Shown piece by piece: positions 37,279 to 48,651 of a stretch of DNA of 64,000 bases. The stretch lies in the NCBI GenBank assembly GCA_033762915.1, contig JANRLD010000115.1:1-64000 (forward strand). Direction: 5' to 3'. The DNA is from Meiothermus sp. GTDB lineage: Bacteria; Deinococcota; Deinococci; Deinococcales; Thermaceae. The first letter of the stretch is position 1, and every line of letters begins with the position of its first letter. Position numbers and translations under genes: made by a program. A model generated the notes under the pieces. That model was not told where the DNA came from and made no database searches. It saw only the letters and a program-made list of their open reading frames with translations.

Positions 37279-38690
37279 TGGCCCAGCGCGAGACCAAGAC
37301 CCACCCACAAGCCCAGGTACTCCAGGCCAGCCTGCACCGAAGCTGGGTGGTCTTCATCGCTATGAGCATGTTCGTGGTGGGGATGGGGTACGGTCTGTAC
37401 ACGCTCTATAACAACGCCCCCGCGCTGCTCAGCCGGGCCAGCGTGGCCTATCTGGACATTCCCCCCATGCGCGGGGCCATCCGGGCCAGCGACGGAACCC
37501 CGCTGGCGCTGTCCACCACCGACGAAGTACGGGTACACCCGATGGGCCTGTCGGCCAGCCAGCTGCTGGGCTTCGGCGAGCGGGCCAACGGCAGCGGGCT
37601 GGCGGGCCTCGAGCGCGACCTTGAGGAGACCCTCAAGGCCGGCGGCAGCGTCCGGCTGACCCTCGACGCCAACATCCAGGCCCTTGCCGAGCGCGCCCTG
37701 TGGCGGGCGATGGAGGGCAGCAAGTCCGAGTGGGGCGTTGCGCTGGTGATGGAAGCCAAGACCGGCCGGCTGCTGGCAGTTGCCAACGGCCCGCGGTTCG
37801 ACCCCACCGCCGCGCGGGGCGACATCAGCAAGGACATTTCCTGGCGCAACCACGCCTTCACCCAGGCCATCGAGCCCGGCTCCACCCAGAAGTCCCTCAC
37901 CGCCGCCATCCTGATGGAGGCGGGGGTGGTCAAAATAGAGAGCCGGGTGGAAGCCCCCATGTTCCGCGTGATTGCGGGCCGCACCATCAACGACATCGTG
38001 CGCCACCCACCCAACCTGACCCTGGCCGAGGTGCTCAAGTACTCCTCCAACGTCGGCATCACGCGCCTCGCCGAGCGTGTCCCCAACGACACCATCTACG
38101 AGTTCTTCAGGAAACTCCACTTCACCGACCCCAAGCCCATGCCCGCCGTGAGCGTGGGGGCTCCTCTGGTGCGCCCGGTAAAGCGCTGGGGGCCGCTCGA
38201 GACCGCCAACGCCGCCTTCGGCCAGGGCTTCCTGGTTACGCCGCTGCACATGCTGGCGGCCTACAACGCCCTCGCCAACGACGGCGTGTACCAGCAGCCG
38301 GTGCTGCTCGAGGGCCAGGTCTCCAAGGCCGAGCGGGTCTTCCGCCCCGAGGTGGCCCAGTCCGTCCGCCGCGCCCTAACCGACGGCGTGGCCGAGCGGG
38401 CCAAGGTGCCGGGGTACCTGGTCGGCGGCAAGACCGGCACCGCCCAGGTGGTGGTGAACGGGCGCTACAGCTCCGAGGTCTTCGCGGCCTCTTTCGCCGG
38501 TTTCATCCCTTCCGACAAGCCCAGGGTCACCGTCCTTGTAACTCTCTTTCACCCCAAGGGCGGCGGCCTCAACATCCACGGCTCGATGGTCTCCGCGCCC
38601 GTCTTCCGGGAGGTCGCGGCAGGCCTGTTCGCGCAGTGGGGGTTGCCGCCGGTGGTGCAGAAAGAAGAGAAGAAGGACAAGAAGCAGTGA
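37278..38690 (+). CDS. ftsI: Class B penicillin-binding protein
   Basis: EPGSTQK, SSN and KTGTAQ motifs. Confidence 0.9.
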
Positions 38691-39024
38691 TGGGATCGCT
38701 GGTTGAGCAGGTAAAACGTGAACAGCCTCGAGCGCTCCCCCCAAACCCCAATTCCCCTAACCGCTTTCGCCACGGGCGTTGCGCAGAGGGGAACCCCTTG
38801 AGGCGCAGCTTCGGGTCGCCCAGGCAAAGCGCCGCAGCCTTCCCGCCGCGCCACAACGCCTTCCCCGTCCAAGAGCCGCACCCCACAACGACAACGGTTA
38901 AGCGACTCGAGTGGACGGCCCTCAGAAAGACCACCTTCTTTTGCAGTAGAGTCTCGAGCTTGGAAGAACGGAAGACCCAAACGCACCACGCCCAACGCGG
39001 GCCTGCACAGGAAAGACCGAGCGA

Positions 39025-40335
39025 ATGAGCATCCTATTCCCCACCCCCCACACGAGCGGGCGAGTCATCTCCCCCGAGTGGGTAGCCTCCCTCACCGGCG
39101 GGAAGGTACACAAAGGCGCACTGCCCGCCACCGACATCCACTGGGACTCGAGAAAAGTCGGCGAGGGCACCGCCTTCATCGCCCTGCCGGGGGCGCGGGT
39201 CCACGGGCGGGAGTTCGGGCCGAGTTCGTTCGAGAAAGGCGCCCCCTTCGTCATCACCGACGGCGCACACCCCGGCGCGATCCAGGTGCAGCGTCCCGAG
39301 CAAGCCTTACTGGCGCTGGGGCGGGCACTGCGCGACGGGTTCATCGGGACGGTGTTGGCGGTGGGGGGCAGCTCGGGCAAGACCACCACCAAGGAGTGCA
39401 TCGCCCAGGGGCTCGGCTGGCCCGCGCCAGAGGGCAACCTCAACAACGCGCCGGGCCTGACCCGCTTCTTCTGGCACCTCAACCCCGAGGTCGAGGGCGC
39501 GGTGGTGGAACTGGGCATAGACCGGCAGCTAGAGATGGCCGAACTGACCTACCTGGCCAAGCCCGCCATCGGGGTCATGACCGCCATCGGGGTCGAGCAC
39601 CTGGATGGGCTGGGCAACCTCGACAACGTGATCCGAGAGGAGAGCTGGCTGCTGTGGGTCAGCCCGCTCAAGCTGGCCAGCGTGCAGGCCGCCAAGCACG
39701 CCCCCATGAGCGGCCTCAAGACTTACGGCCTCGAGGTGGGCGACTTCCAGGCCCGTCAGGTCAAATTCACGCTTAATGACGCCCGCTTCACCTACTCAGA
39801 CTCGCGCAAGGCCGTCTACCTCCCCTACCCCGGCATCGGCCCGGTGTTGGGCGCGACCGCCGCCCTCGCCACCGCCGAGATGCTGGGCAAGTCGGTCTCC
39901 GACACCATCGAGCGCCTCGCCAACCTCAAGCTGCCCTCGGGCCGGATGCAGAAGCTCGAGCTGGGCGGCATCCACTTCATCAACGACGCCTACAACTCCA
40001 ACCCGCTCTCCTTCTGGAGCGGAATGGAGTACCTCAAGACCCAACCCGCCAACAAGTGGCTGGTGCTGGGCCGCATGGCCGAGCTGGGGAGCGAGGCCGA
40101 GGAGCACCACCTCGAGGCCGCCCGCCTGGCCGCCGAGGTCAGCCCAAACCTGGTCTTCGTCGGCCCTTACGCCAAGGCCCAGCAGGAGATCGCCGGGGGC
40201 TACGCCCTCGAGACCCTCGAGCAGGCCGCCGCCAAGCTGCGCGAAGTGGTGAAAAAGGGCGACCTTGTATACCTCAAAGCGAGCCGGTCGGTGGGGATGG
40301 AGAAGCTGCTAGGGATGTTGGGGGAGGAGCAATGA
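39025..40335 (+). CDS. murF: UDP-MurNAc-tripeptide D-Ala-D-Ala ligase
   Basis: GSSGKTTTKE, NDAYNSNP, KASR. Confidence 0.92.
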   Translation: MSILFPTPHTSGRVISPEWVASLTGGKVHKGALPATDIHWDSRKVGEGTAFIALPGARVHGREFGPSSFEKGAPFVITDGAHPGAIQVQRPEQALLALGRALRDGFIGTVLAVGGSSGKTTTKECIAQGLGWPAPEGNLNNAPGLTRFFWHLNPEVEGAVVELGIDRQLEMAELTYLAKPAIGVMTAIGVEHLDGLGNLDNVIREESWLLWVSPLKLASVQAAKHAPMSGLKTYGLEVGDFQARQVKFTLNDARFTYSDSRKAVYLPYPGIGPVLGATAALATAEMLGKSVSDTIERLANLKLPSGRMQKLELGGIHFINDAYNSNPLSFWSGMEYLKTQPANKWLVLGRMAELGSEAEEHHLEAARLAAEVSPNLVFVGPYAKAQQEIAGGYALETLEQAAAKLREVVKKGDLVYLKASRSVGMEKLLGMLGEEQ

Positions 40336-41303
40336 GGCGCAGAAGGGGGGACGGGGGCATGGGGAGAACAACACTCTCCTGGCTTTCTCTTTCCTCTTTC
40401 CTCTTTCCTCTCTCCTCGATTCTGGGCGGTTGCGCTCCCCAAGCCCAACCCACCGCCGCCACGCCTTCTGTGCCCGTTTTGGTCGAGGGTGGGGTGCTCG
40501 AGGGGCGTCAGGTGCGGGCGTTTGGGCTGAACGTGACGCTGCCTTCGGCCCCCGCGGCGCTGGCCCGGAACGGGGAGGTGCTGTACGCGGGGTATCCGTT
40601 CCAACTCCTGATCTACCGCCGGGGGGTGGTGGAGAGCAGCGTGCAGCTGCCGGGGATTCCGCGCTACATCAAGGCCAAGCCGCTGCCGCTGGTGGGCCTC
40701 GAGAACGGGCTGTTCGTGCCGGGCCAGGGCCTCTTAAGCTACCCGGCCCGGGACGCGCTGAACACCCGCCAGGGCATCTACTGGCTGGACAACGACGGGG
40801 TGAACCTCGAGCGCCGCCGGGTGGTGGAAGGTTCGTTCGGCCTGATGGCCGCCAGCGACCAAGCCGTCTATGCCTTCGGGCGCGAGGGCGTGCGGGTCTC
40901 GGACGGCCTACGCTTCCCGCTGCCGCGCCCCGCGACGGCCGCGGTGGTGCAGGGAGACGTGTACGTGGCGTCCGCCCAGGGCATCGTGCGGCTGAACCCA
41001 GACGGGCTACGGTTGGGGTCGGTGGACGGGGTGTTTAGCGGGCTCGAGAGCGACGGCACCCGTCTGTACTCGCTGCGCGACGGGCGGCTGGTGACGATTT
41101 CGCTAGACTTAAGGCTCGTAGAAGTTGCGGGGACCAGGAATACGCTCCCGCCGAGCTTCGCGGCCGTCCGCACGACTCCACCCGTCTTGCCGCTTGCGGC
41201 CGCGCCGCTGCGGGGTTTGCCTTTGACTTCCCTTTCCTCTCCCCTTTCCTCTCCCCTTTCCTCGTCTCACTCCCTTCGCCCATCGCCCGGAGGTACGCAA
41301 TGA
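40332..41303 (+). CDS. Lipoprotein, beta-propeller-like
   Basis: LGGC lipobox; coupled to murF and mraY. Confidence 0.7.
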   Translation: MRRRRGDGGMGRTTLSWLSLSSFLFPLSSILGGCAPQAQPTAATPSVPVLVEGGVLEGRQVRAFGLNVTLPSAPAALARNGEVLYAGYPFQLLIYRRGVVESSVQLPGIPRYIKAKPLPLVGLENGLFVPGQGLLSYPARDALNTRQGIYWLDNDGVNLERRRVVEGSFGLMAASDQAVYAFGREGVRVSDGLRFPLPRPATAAVVQGDVYVASAQGIVRLNPDGLRLGSVDGVFSGLESDGTRLYSLRDGRLVTISLDLRLVEVAGTRNTLPPSFAAVRTTPPVLPLAAAPLRGLPLTSLSSPLSSPLSSSHSLRPSPGGTQ

Positions 41304-42169
41304 GAAATCTTGTGGCCGCCGCCGTGCTGAGCTGGTTCCTGGTGGGGGTATGGATCACCCTGATGCACTCGCTGCGGCTGGGCAAGAACGTTCGGACCGA
41401 CGGGCTGCAGACCCACCTGGCCAAGCAGGGCACGGCCCACATGGGCGGGGCTCCGTTCCTGCTTGCGGCGGCCATCGTGTTCTTCCTAGCGGGCGGGGGC
41501 GATTACGCGGGCCTGTGGCTGCTGGTGCTGGGCTTCGGGCTGCTGGGGCTGGCCGACGACCTGGCGGGCACGCTAAAACGTCCGCTCAGGGCCAGGGAAC
41601 GACTGGTCGTCCAAACCCTGATGAGCCTGGTGTTTTCGGTCTGGGCCAGCTCGCAGGTCAAGTACACCCCTTACCCGATTCTGGACATGGCGATCTTCAC
41701 CCTGGTGATCATCGCGGCCTGCAACGCCTTTAACTTCACCGACGGAGTGGACGGGCTCTTGGGCACGGTGACGGTGGTGATGCTGATCCCCTTCGCCGGC
41801 ATGGTGCTGCCGCAGGTGATGATCGGCTCGCTGATGGGCTTCCTCTGGTACAACTCGCACAAGGCCACCGTCTTCATGGGGGACGTGGGCAGCATGGCGA
41901 TCGGGGCCCTGGTGGCAGGGCTGTTCATCCTCGAGGGGAAGATGTGGTTCTTGCCCCTGGTCGCGCTGATTCCGGTCGTCGAGATGCTCTCCGTGATCAT
42001 CCAGGTCTCGTACTTCCGCCGCACCGGCAAGCGCCTGTTCAAGATCGCCCCCATCCACCACCACTTCGAGGCTTCCGGCTGGTCGGAGGCCAAGGTGGTG
42101 TTTCGCTTCACCGTCATCACTGCCCTCTGCACAGCGCTTGCCGTGAGCCTGTGGGGAGGTACACAGTGA
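41300..42169 (+). CDS. mraY: Phospho-MurNAc-pentapeptide transferase
   Basis: NFTDGVDGL, FMGDVGS, APIHHHFE. Confidence 0.95.
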   Translation: MRNLVAAAVLSWFLVGVWITLMHSLRLGKNVRTDGLQTHLAKQGTAHMGGAPFLLAAAIVFFLAGGGDYAGLWLLVLGFGLLGLADDLAGTLKRPLRARERLVVQTLMSLVFSVWASSQVKYTPYPILDMAIFTLVIIAACNAFNFTDGVDGLLGTVTVVMLIPFAGMVLPQVMIGSLMGFLWYNSHKATVFMGDVGSMAIGALVAGLFILEGKMWFLPLVALIPVVEMLSVIIQVSYFRRTGKRLFKIAPIHHHFEASGWSEAKVVFRFTVITALCTALAVSLWGGTQ

Positions 42170-43437
42170 ACGGAATTCTGGTGTACGGGCTGGGCCGCAG
42201 CGGCCTCGGGGTGCTGGGATATCTCAAGCAGCACGCCGTCACCGCGCACTTCTACGACGACCGCCTTCTTGCGGAAGAGGCGGCCAAGGCTCAGTCGCTG
42301 GGTTTCCAGCCCGACACCGATTTGTCCGGCAGCTACCGTCAGGTCATCGCCGCCCCCGGCGTGCCCATCGACCACCCCAACCTGCTTAGACTCAGGGCAG
42401 CTGGCGCGGAAGTCATCGGTGAGGCCGAGCTGGTGTACCGCAGCTCCAAAACCCCCATCATCGGCATCACCGGCACCGCAGGCAAGACCAGTTGCACCCT
42501 CTTCACCGCGCACTTCCTTAAGGCACTTGGCTTCGCCGCCGCCGTGGGGGGCAACATAGACCCGCCGCTGGCCAGCGTGGTGGACGAGGCCGAGGTAGTC
42601 TCTACCGAGCTGAGCAGTTTCCAGCTCGAGCGCGTGGTCAGCTTCCGACCGAGGGTCGCAGTGTTGCTGATGCTGGGGGTGGATCACCTGGACCGGCACG
42701 GGTCGCTGGAGGCCTACCACGCCGCCAAGTTCAACCTGATCAAGAACCTCACCGCCGAAGACGCGCTGGTCTACAACGCGAGAGACTCGAGGATCGTCGC
42801 AGGCATCCGCGGCAACCCCGCCAAACTCCACCCCTTTGAGCCGGCCGACAACCCCAGAGAAACCAACCTGCGGGCGGCAGAACAAGCCGCAATCGCCTAC
42901 GCCGAAATCGTCCGGCGCGAGCAGCCACAGCGGGCTCTCGACCTGAGACCCGAGACCTTCGACCTTCGGCCACACTGGAAGACTGCGCCCCACCCCGAGG
43001 CCCGCTACGAACTCTTCGCCAAGATCGGCGGCCTGAGCTTTATTGACGACTCCATCGCGACCCGCATCGACGCGGTGCGGATGGCCCTCGAGGCCGCCCC
43101 CGCCCCGGTGGGATGGATCCTGGGCGGCGTAGACAAGGGCGCGCCAGCCGAGGAGCTAAGGGCGCTGGTGGCGCAAAAGGTGGGGCTCATTTTCGCCATC
43201 GGCCGAGACGGGGCCAAGCTGGCCGAGCCGTTCGGGGGCCTCAGCGAAATCGTCGAGATTGCCGAGAAGGACGGGCGGAAAGCCCTCGAGCAAGTCGTGG
43301 AAATCGCGAAGGCAAGACTCGAGGGCGGCAGCGTACTGCTGGCCCCGCTGGCCACCTCGTTCGACCAGTTCAAGGACTACAAAGACCGCTCCAAGGTCTT
43401 CCGCGAGGTGGTCAAGGCGGCGGGAGGGAAGCCATGA
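42166..43437 (+). CDS. murD: UDP-MurNAc-L-Ala D-Glu ligase
   Basis: GLGRSG, ITGTAGKT, ELSSFQL, DHLDRH. Confidence 0.95.
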   Translation: MNGILVYGLGRSGLGVLGYLKQHAVTAHFYDDRLLAEEAAKAQSLGFQPDTDLSGSYRQVIAAPGVPIDHPNLLRLRAAGAEVIGEAELVYRSSKTPIIGITGTAGKTSCTLFTAHFLKALGFAAAVGGNIDPPLASVVDEAEVVSTELSSFQLERVVSFRPRVAVLLMLGVDHLDRHGSLEAYHAAKFNLIKNLTAEDALVYNARDSRIVAGIRGNPAKLHPFEPADNPRETNLRAAEQAAIAYAEIVRREQPQRALDLRPETFDLRPHWKTAPHPEARYELFAKIGGLSFIDDSIATRIDAVRMALEAAPAPVGWILGGVDKGAPAEELRALVAQKVGLIFAIGRDGAKLAEPFGGLSEIVEIAEKDGRKALEQVVEIAKARLEGGSVLLAPLATSFDQFKDYKDRSKVFREVVKAAGGKP

Positions 43438-43565
43438 AGCCACATACGGGCGAGGCAAGGGCAGGGAGAGAGGAAGGGACCGCAAGATGGGTGGGGTTAC
43501 CTGCTCTGTCCTCCTCGCCCCTTGCCCCTTCCTGCGGTACGGATTTTCACCACGAGGGAACATAA

Positions 43566-44915
43566 ATGGACCCCATACTCCTCCTCTCCCAATTTCTCCT
43601 CTACGCCCTCTCCGCGCTGGGGATTGCGGCCTCGGACTCGATGCCGGAGTTCAGCGGCGACCGCGAACACCTGTTCATCCACCTGCTGCGCATCGGGATT
43701 GCGCTGGCGGTGATGTTCGTGGTCTCGAGGGTCAGGCCCGACTGGGTAGTGCGGGGGGCGCGGGCGCTGTTCGTACTCACGCTGGCGCTGCTGGTGCTGG
43801 TGCTGTTCATCGGCGAGGGGCCTGCAGGGGTGCGGCGCTGGATCGACATCCCGGGGATTCCCTTCGACTTCCAGCCCTCCGAGCTGGCCAAGCTGACAGT
43901 GGTGCTCTACCTAGCGGCCTTCTTCCACAACAAGCCCACCGACTACCCCGTACTCGGCCCCATCATCGCGATCAGCGTGGCGGCGGGCCTGGTGATCATC
44001 GAGCCGGATTTCGACACCGGGCTTTTCATCCTGTTGCTGGCGGGCTTCATGCTGGTGGTGATCGGGGTGCCGTGGCGGCGGCTGCTGGCCATCGGGGTGG
44101 CGGCCTGGGTGATCGCGCTGAGCTTCTCGGGGTTGTATCTCGACCGCTTCCAGTACGTGCGCGACCGCTTCGAGAACTGGCTCTCCTACCAGCGCGGCGA
44201 CTTCGCCGACTACGAGCAGATCCTGCGCAGGATCCAGTTTAACCAGCTGTCCTCAGTCAGCCCAGAAGAGCGCTCCCAACTGCTGCACTTCCTCCAGATC
44301 AACCGCGACATCTTCAAGAAAATCGGCCGCGTCGATCCCCAGGTCTCGGAGAAGATAGACCTGACCAGCACTGCCACCATGGTGGCGAGCCTCCAGGCCC
44401 ACCCGGCCATCAGCCAGCAGATCGTGCAGCAGATGCGCGACGCCTTCTACCAGATCGCCCAGGGCCAGAAGCTGATGCTCAAGGCCGGGGTGTTCGGGCA
44501 GGGAGCGGGCGCGACCATGCCGCACCGCCTGCCCGAGGGCCACAACGACATGATCTTTGCCTCGATTGTGTGGGCGGGCGGCTGGCTGGCCGGGCTGATG
44601 GTGATCTTCGGCTTCGCCATGATCCTAGCCCGCAGCCTGCAGATCGCCGCCCGCCTTCAGGGCTCCAAGTCGGTGATGGCGGTGGGGCTGATGGGCTACC
44701 TAGTGCTCCAGGCCGCCATAAACATCGGCGTGGTGATCGGCTTCCTGCCGGTCTCGGGCTCGCCCCTGCCTTTTGTCAGCTACGGCGGCAGCGCCATGCT
44801 GGTCTCGGCCATCGCGCTGGGCCTCCTGCACGCGCTCTCCCGCGAGGCGTTCGCAGGCGGGGAGGACGAGGAAGCGGGGGCTGGGCGCAAGGCGGCGAGG
44901 GGAGTCCAGGGATGA
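43566..44915 (+). CDS. ftsW: SEDS protein FtsW
   Basis: QPSELAK, EPDF, LPEGHND, LPFVSYGGS. Confidence 0.9.
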   Translation: MDPILLLSQFLLYALSALGIAASDSMPEFSGDREHLFIHLLRIGIALAVMFVVSRVRPDWVVRGARALFVLTLALLVLVLFIGEGPAGVRRWIDIPGIPFDFQPSELAKLTVVLYLAAFFHNKPTDYPVLGPIIAISVAAGLVIIEPDFDTGLFILLLAGFMLVVIGVPWRRLLAIGVAAWVIALSFSGLYLDRFQYVRDRFENWLSYQRGDFADYEQILRRIQFNQLSSVSPEERSQLLHFLQINRDIFKKIGRVDPQVSEKIDLTSTATMVASLQAHPAISQQIVQQMRDAFYQIAQGQKLMLKAGVFGQGAGATMPHRLPEGHNDMIFASIVWAGGWLAGLMVIFGFAMILARSLQIAARLQGSKSVMAVGLMGYLVLQAAINIGVVIGFLPVSGSPLPFVSYGGSAMLVSAIALGLLHALSREAFAGGEDEEAGAGRKAARGVQG

Positions 44916-45012
44916 AGAGCAGCGGAAGGGGGAAGGGGCAAGCGGCAAAGAGAACCCACAGGGTTCATGTTGCCGACCTCTCTTTCCTCGCCCCCGGAGA
45001 GGAGGGCCGGTG

Positions 45013-46047
45013 GTGATCGTCACCGGCGGCGGCACCGGGGGCCACTTTTATCCGGGCCTCGCGGCGGCTCGAGCCCTGATAGAGCTGGGCCAACCGGTGA
45101 CATATGTGGGGGCCCGGGGGGGAATTGAGGAGCGGGCCTTGCCGGATTCGGGGCTGCCGCACCGGATTATTCCGGCGGGGAAGTTCTCGAGGGAGGCCCT
45201 ACGCCCCGGCGAGGGGCTAAAGCTGGTCTCGGGGCTGTGGCACGGGTGGAAGGCGGTGCGCGAACTCCAGCCCCGGGCCATCCTGAGCATGGGCGGGTAC
45301 GCGGGCTTTCCGGCAGCCTTCATGGGGGCACTGGCGGGCGTGCCGACGGTGGTTCACGAGCAGAACGCCAAGCTGGGCATCGCCAGCAAGGTGCTGGCCC
45401 GGCAGGCCCGAAAAGTCCTGCTCTCCACTCCAATAGACACGGGTGCACTGATGGCCAAGACCCAGGTGGTCGGGTATCCGGTGCGCGAACAGCGGGCGGA
45501 CAAGGCCGGGGCTAAGCAACAGCTGGGCCTCGATCCCGCACGCCCGGCCGTCTTCGTGATGGGCGGCAGCCAAGGCTCCAAGGAGCTCAACGACCGCCTG
45601 CCCGAGCGGCTGTACCCGCTCCTGGAGCAGGGCTGGCAGGTGCTGCACCAGTGCGGCCGGCGGTGGGAGGGGGAACTTCAGCCCAAGGCCAGGCCGCACT
45701 ACCAGATTCGGGGCTATGTGGACACCGTGCTGGCCTGGAGCGCAGCGGAGTTCGCCATCACCAGGGGCGGCGCGGGCACCCTGGCCGAGGCCGCCTATCA
45801 CAGCGTCCCGGTGCTGGGCGTGCCGCTGAGCGCCGACCTCGACAGCGGGGCGCAGCGGGCCAATGTGGGCTTCTACGCCGCCGCGGGCGCGGCGCGAATG
45901 CTGGGCGACTGGTCGCGCTTTCATGATGAACTTAATGCCCTGCTCGACCCCTCCACAAGAGCCGTCATGCGGGATAGACTTGCGGGGTTGTCGCCCGCAG
46001 GGGCCGCCCGGCGGCTGGCCCAGGTGGTGCTGGAGGTGATGACGTGA
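45013..46047 (+). CDS. murG: GlcNAc transferase MurG
   Basis: GGGTGGH, HEQNA, GGSQGS. Confidence 0.95.
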   Translation: MIVTGGGTGGHFYPGLAAARALIELGQPVTYVGARGGIEERALPDSGLPHRIIPAGKFSREALRPGEGLKLVSGLWHGWKAVRELQPRAILSMGGYAGFPAAFMGALAGVPTVVHEQNAKLGIASKVLARQARKVLLSTPIDTGALMAKTQVVGYPVREQRADKAGAKQQLGLDPARPAVFVMGGSQGSKELNDRLPERLYPLLEQGWQVLHQCGRRWEGELQPKARPHYQIRGYVDTVLAWSAAEFAITRGGAGTLAEAAYHSVPVLGVPLSADLDSGAQRANVGFYAAAGAARMLGDWSRFHDELNALLDPSTRAVMRDRLAGLSPAGAARRLAQVVLEVMT

Positions 46048-47408
46048 GGCACTACCATTTGATGGGCATCGGGGGCATCGGCCAGTCCGGCCTGGCCCGC
46101 ATTCTCAGGCACGACGGACATCGCGTCAGCGGCTGTGATCAAACCTTAAGTCCGCTCACTCGAGAGCTCGAGTACGAGGGCATCCGGGTGATGGAGGGGC
46201 ATAGCCCCGAACACCTCGAGGGCGTGGACGTGCTGGTGGCCTCCACCGGCATTCCCGACGCCAACCCCGAACTGGCCCAGGCCCGCCTGCTGGGCCTGCC
46301 GGTGCGGCGCCGCATCGAGGTGGTGGCGGAGATCCTCTCGAGGGGCTACAGCCTAGGCGTGACCGGCTCGCACGGCAAGTCAAGCACCTCGGCCATGCTG
46401 GCCAGCATCTTCCTGCCCACAGACCCCACCGTGCTGCTGGGCGCGGAACTCGGCCTGATCGGCGGCAACGCCCGGCCTGGCAGCGGCCCCTTCCGCATTG
46501 CCGAGGTCGACGAGTCCGACCCGCTGTTTCAGTTCCTGCAGCTCGACGTCGCAGTCGTCACCAACCTCGAGGCCGACCACGTGTCCCCCGACGGCAAGCC
46601 GCGCCCCAACTACCACACCTCCTATCAGGCGCTACAAGACGCAGTCGGGTCGTTCGCCTCGAGGGCCGGTACGGTCGTGTACAACGCCGCGAAACGGTGG
46701 GCACTGCTCGAGCAGCTGACCCGCGGGACCGACCGCGTGGGCTTCGGAATCGGGGTGGGCGAGTGCCAGGCCAACAACCTCGAGCTGCGCCCCTTCGACA
46801 GCCGCTTCGACCTCTTCTGGCACGGCCAGAACCTGGGCCAGATCGCGCTACAGGTTCCCGGCGAGCACAACGTCGAGAACGCCCTGGCCGCCGCCGCCGC
46901 CGCGCTCGTCGCGGGGCTCTCGTTCGCCGAGGTCCAGGCCGGGCTGGCCCGGTACACGGGTGCCGGAAGACGCTTCGAAAAGGTCGGGGAACTCAACGGG
47001 GCGGTGGTGGTGGACGACTACGCCCATAACGGCGCCAAGCTGTTCGCGCTGCTCAAGGCCGCCCGCAACACCGGCCTCAAGGTGCGCGCGGTGTTCCAAC
47101 CCCACCGCTACGGGCGCAGCGAGCAGGAGTGGCCGCTCTACGCCGAAGCCCTCGAGCAGGCCGACGAGGTACTGATCCTCGACGTGTACGCCTCGAGCGA
47201 AAAGCCCCTCAAGCTCACCAGCCGTCAGATCGTCACCAATATCGTCGATCACCTCCACCAGACCGGACACCCGGCCCGACACGCCACCTGGGACGAGACC
47301 CTGGCCCACCTCCGCGCCACCGCCCAGACCGGCGACCTGATCCTGACCATCGGCGCAGGCAGCGTCTCGCAGCTCGGGCGGCAGTTGGCGGGCAAGGAGA
47401 CGGCATGA
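46044..47408 (+). CDS. murC: UDP-MurNAc L-Ala ligase
   Basis: GIGGIGQS, GSHGKSST, DDYAH, FQPHRY. Confidence 0.95.
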   Translation: MRHYHLMGIGGIGQSGLARILRHDGHRVSGCDQTLSPLTRELEYEGIRVMEGHSPEHLEGVDVLVASTGIPDANPELAQARLLGLPVRRRIEVVAEILSRGYSLGVTGSHGKSSTSAMLASIFLPTDPTVLLGAELGLIGGNARPGSGPFRIAEVDESDPLFQFLQLDVAVVTNLEADHVSPDGKPRPNYHTSYQALQDAVGSFASRAGTVVYNAAKRWALLEQLTRGTDRVGFGIGVGECQANNLELRPFDSRFDLFWHGQNLGQIALQVPGEHNVENALAAAAAALVAGLSFAEVQAGLARYTGAGRRFEKVGELNGAVVVDDYAHNGAKLFALLKAARNTGLKVRAVFQPHRYGRSEQEWPLYAEALEQADEVLILDVYASSEKPLKLTSRQIVTNIVDHLHQTGHPARHATWDETLAHLRATAQTGDLILTIGAGSVSQLGRQLAGKETA

Positions 47409-48220
47409 ACGTCCGACGACTCCCCCTGTCCAAGCTCACCACAATTGGCGTGGGGGGCGAGGCCGAGGTGTGGACGGTGGAGACGGCGGCGGACTTGCGG
47501 GAGGCCACCAAGGCCCCTTACCGAGTGCTGGGCAACGGCTCGAACCTGCTGGTGGCAGACGCCGGCGTGAGGGAGCGGGTGATCCGGCTGGGGGGCGAGT
47601 TCGCTTCCTGGAACAAAGACTTGAGCGGCTGGGTGGGGGCAGCGGCGCTGGTGCCTACCCTGTTGCAGGCCTCAGCGAAGCTGGGGCTGAGCGGCCTCGA
47701 GGGGCTGCACGGAGTGCCCGCGCAGGTCGGCGGAGCGGTCAAGATGAATGCCGGGACGCGCCACGGCGAGATGGCCGACGCGCTCGAGGCGGTCGAGCTG
47801 TTCGTGGGCGGCGAGCTCAGGCAGTACGCGCCCTCCGAGCTGGGCTTCCGCTACCGCCACTCCGAGCTGCCCGCGGGGGCCATTGTGACCCGGGTCAAGC
47901 TCAGGCTGACCCCCAGGGGCGAAGAGGCCGTGCGGGCCAAGATCGCGCTGGTGGACGCCGCGAGAAAGGGCCAGCCCAAAAAGAAGTCGGCGGGCTGCGC
48001 CTTCAAGAACCCGCAGGGCGACTCGGCGGGCCGACTCATTGACGTGAGTGGCCTGAAGGGAACGACCGTCGGCAGGGCCATGATCAGCCACGAGCACGGC
48101 AACTTTCTGGTCAACCTCGGTGGCGCGACCGCCGCCGAGATGTATGCGCTAATCCGCAAGGTGCAGGGCCTGCTGCCGCTGGAAGTGGAGTGGGAGATTT
48201 GGGGGGAGATACAGCCATGA
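47405..48220 (+). CDS. murB: UDP-GlcNAc enolpyruvate reductase
   Basis: LGNGSNLL, MNAG, GCAFKNP. Confidence 0.95.
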   Translation: MNVRRLPLSKLTTIGVGGEAEVWTVETAADLREATKAPYRVLGNGSNLLVADAGVRERVIRLGGEFASWNKDLSGWVGAAALVPTLLQASAKLGLSGLEGLHGVPAQVGGAVKMNAGTRHGEMADALEAVELFVGGELRQYAPSELGFRYRHSELPAGAIVTRVKLRLTPRGEEAVRAKIALVDAARKGQPKKKSAGCAFKNPQGDSAGRLIDVSGLKGTTVGRAMISHEHGNFLVNLGGATAAEMYALIRKVQGLLPLEVEWEIWGEIQP

Positions 48221-48651
48221 GCCAAGCGCAATTAGCAGTGAGCGGTATGGCTTCGGGTGCCCGCCCTCTGTTGCCCGGGCGTGGGGGGCGGCCGGTCGGT
48301 CCGACTGTGGGCCCAAACGGAGGCGGTGAGTATGGGGCCTTTTCTCGAGCCCCCGTCTACAACTTTTCCACGGCTTTTGGCTAGTCTCGCAATGATTCGT
48401 TTCCCAGGGCGGGGCACAACTGAGGACGGGGCAGCGAGGGCGGAGGTGGAGATGACGAGAGAGGTAAGAGGGAATAGAAGAGCGGAACAGCCCGCAGAGG
48501 CAGTAGTCAGGGGGCAGGGATTAAGCCGGCCTTCCGCCCCTTGCTTGTTCCCGGTTCCCGGTTGTCCGTCGACCGCCCCCGCGGGCTGCCGCCCAGCGCA
48601 AGCTCCGCCCGCCCGCCGACTATCCGGCTCGCCGCTCCCCAGGAGGCCCGC

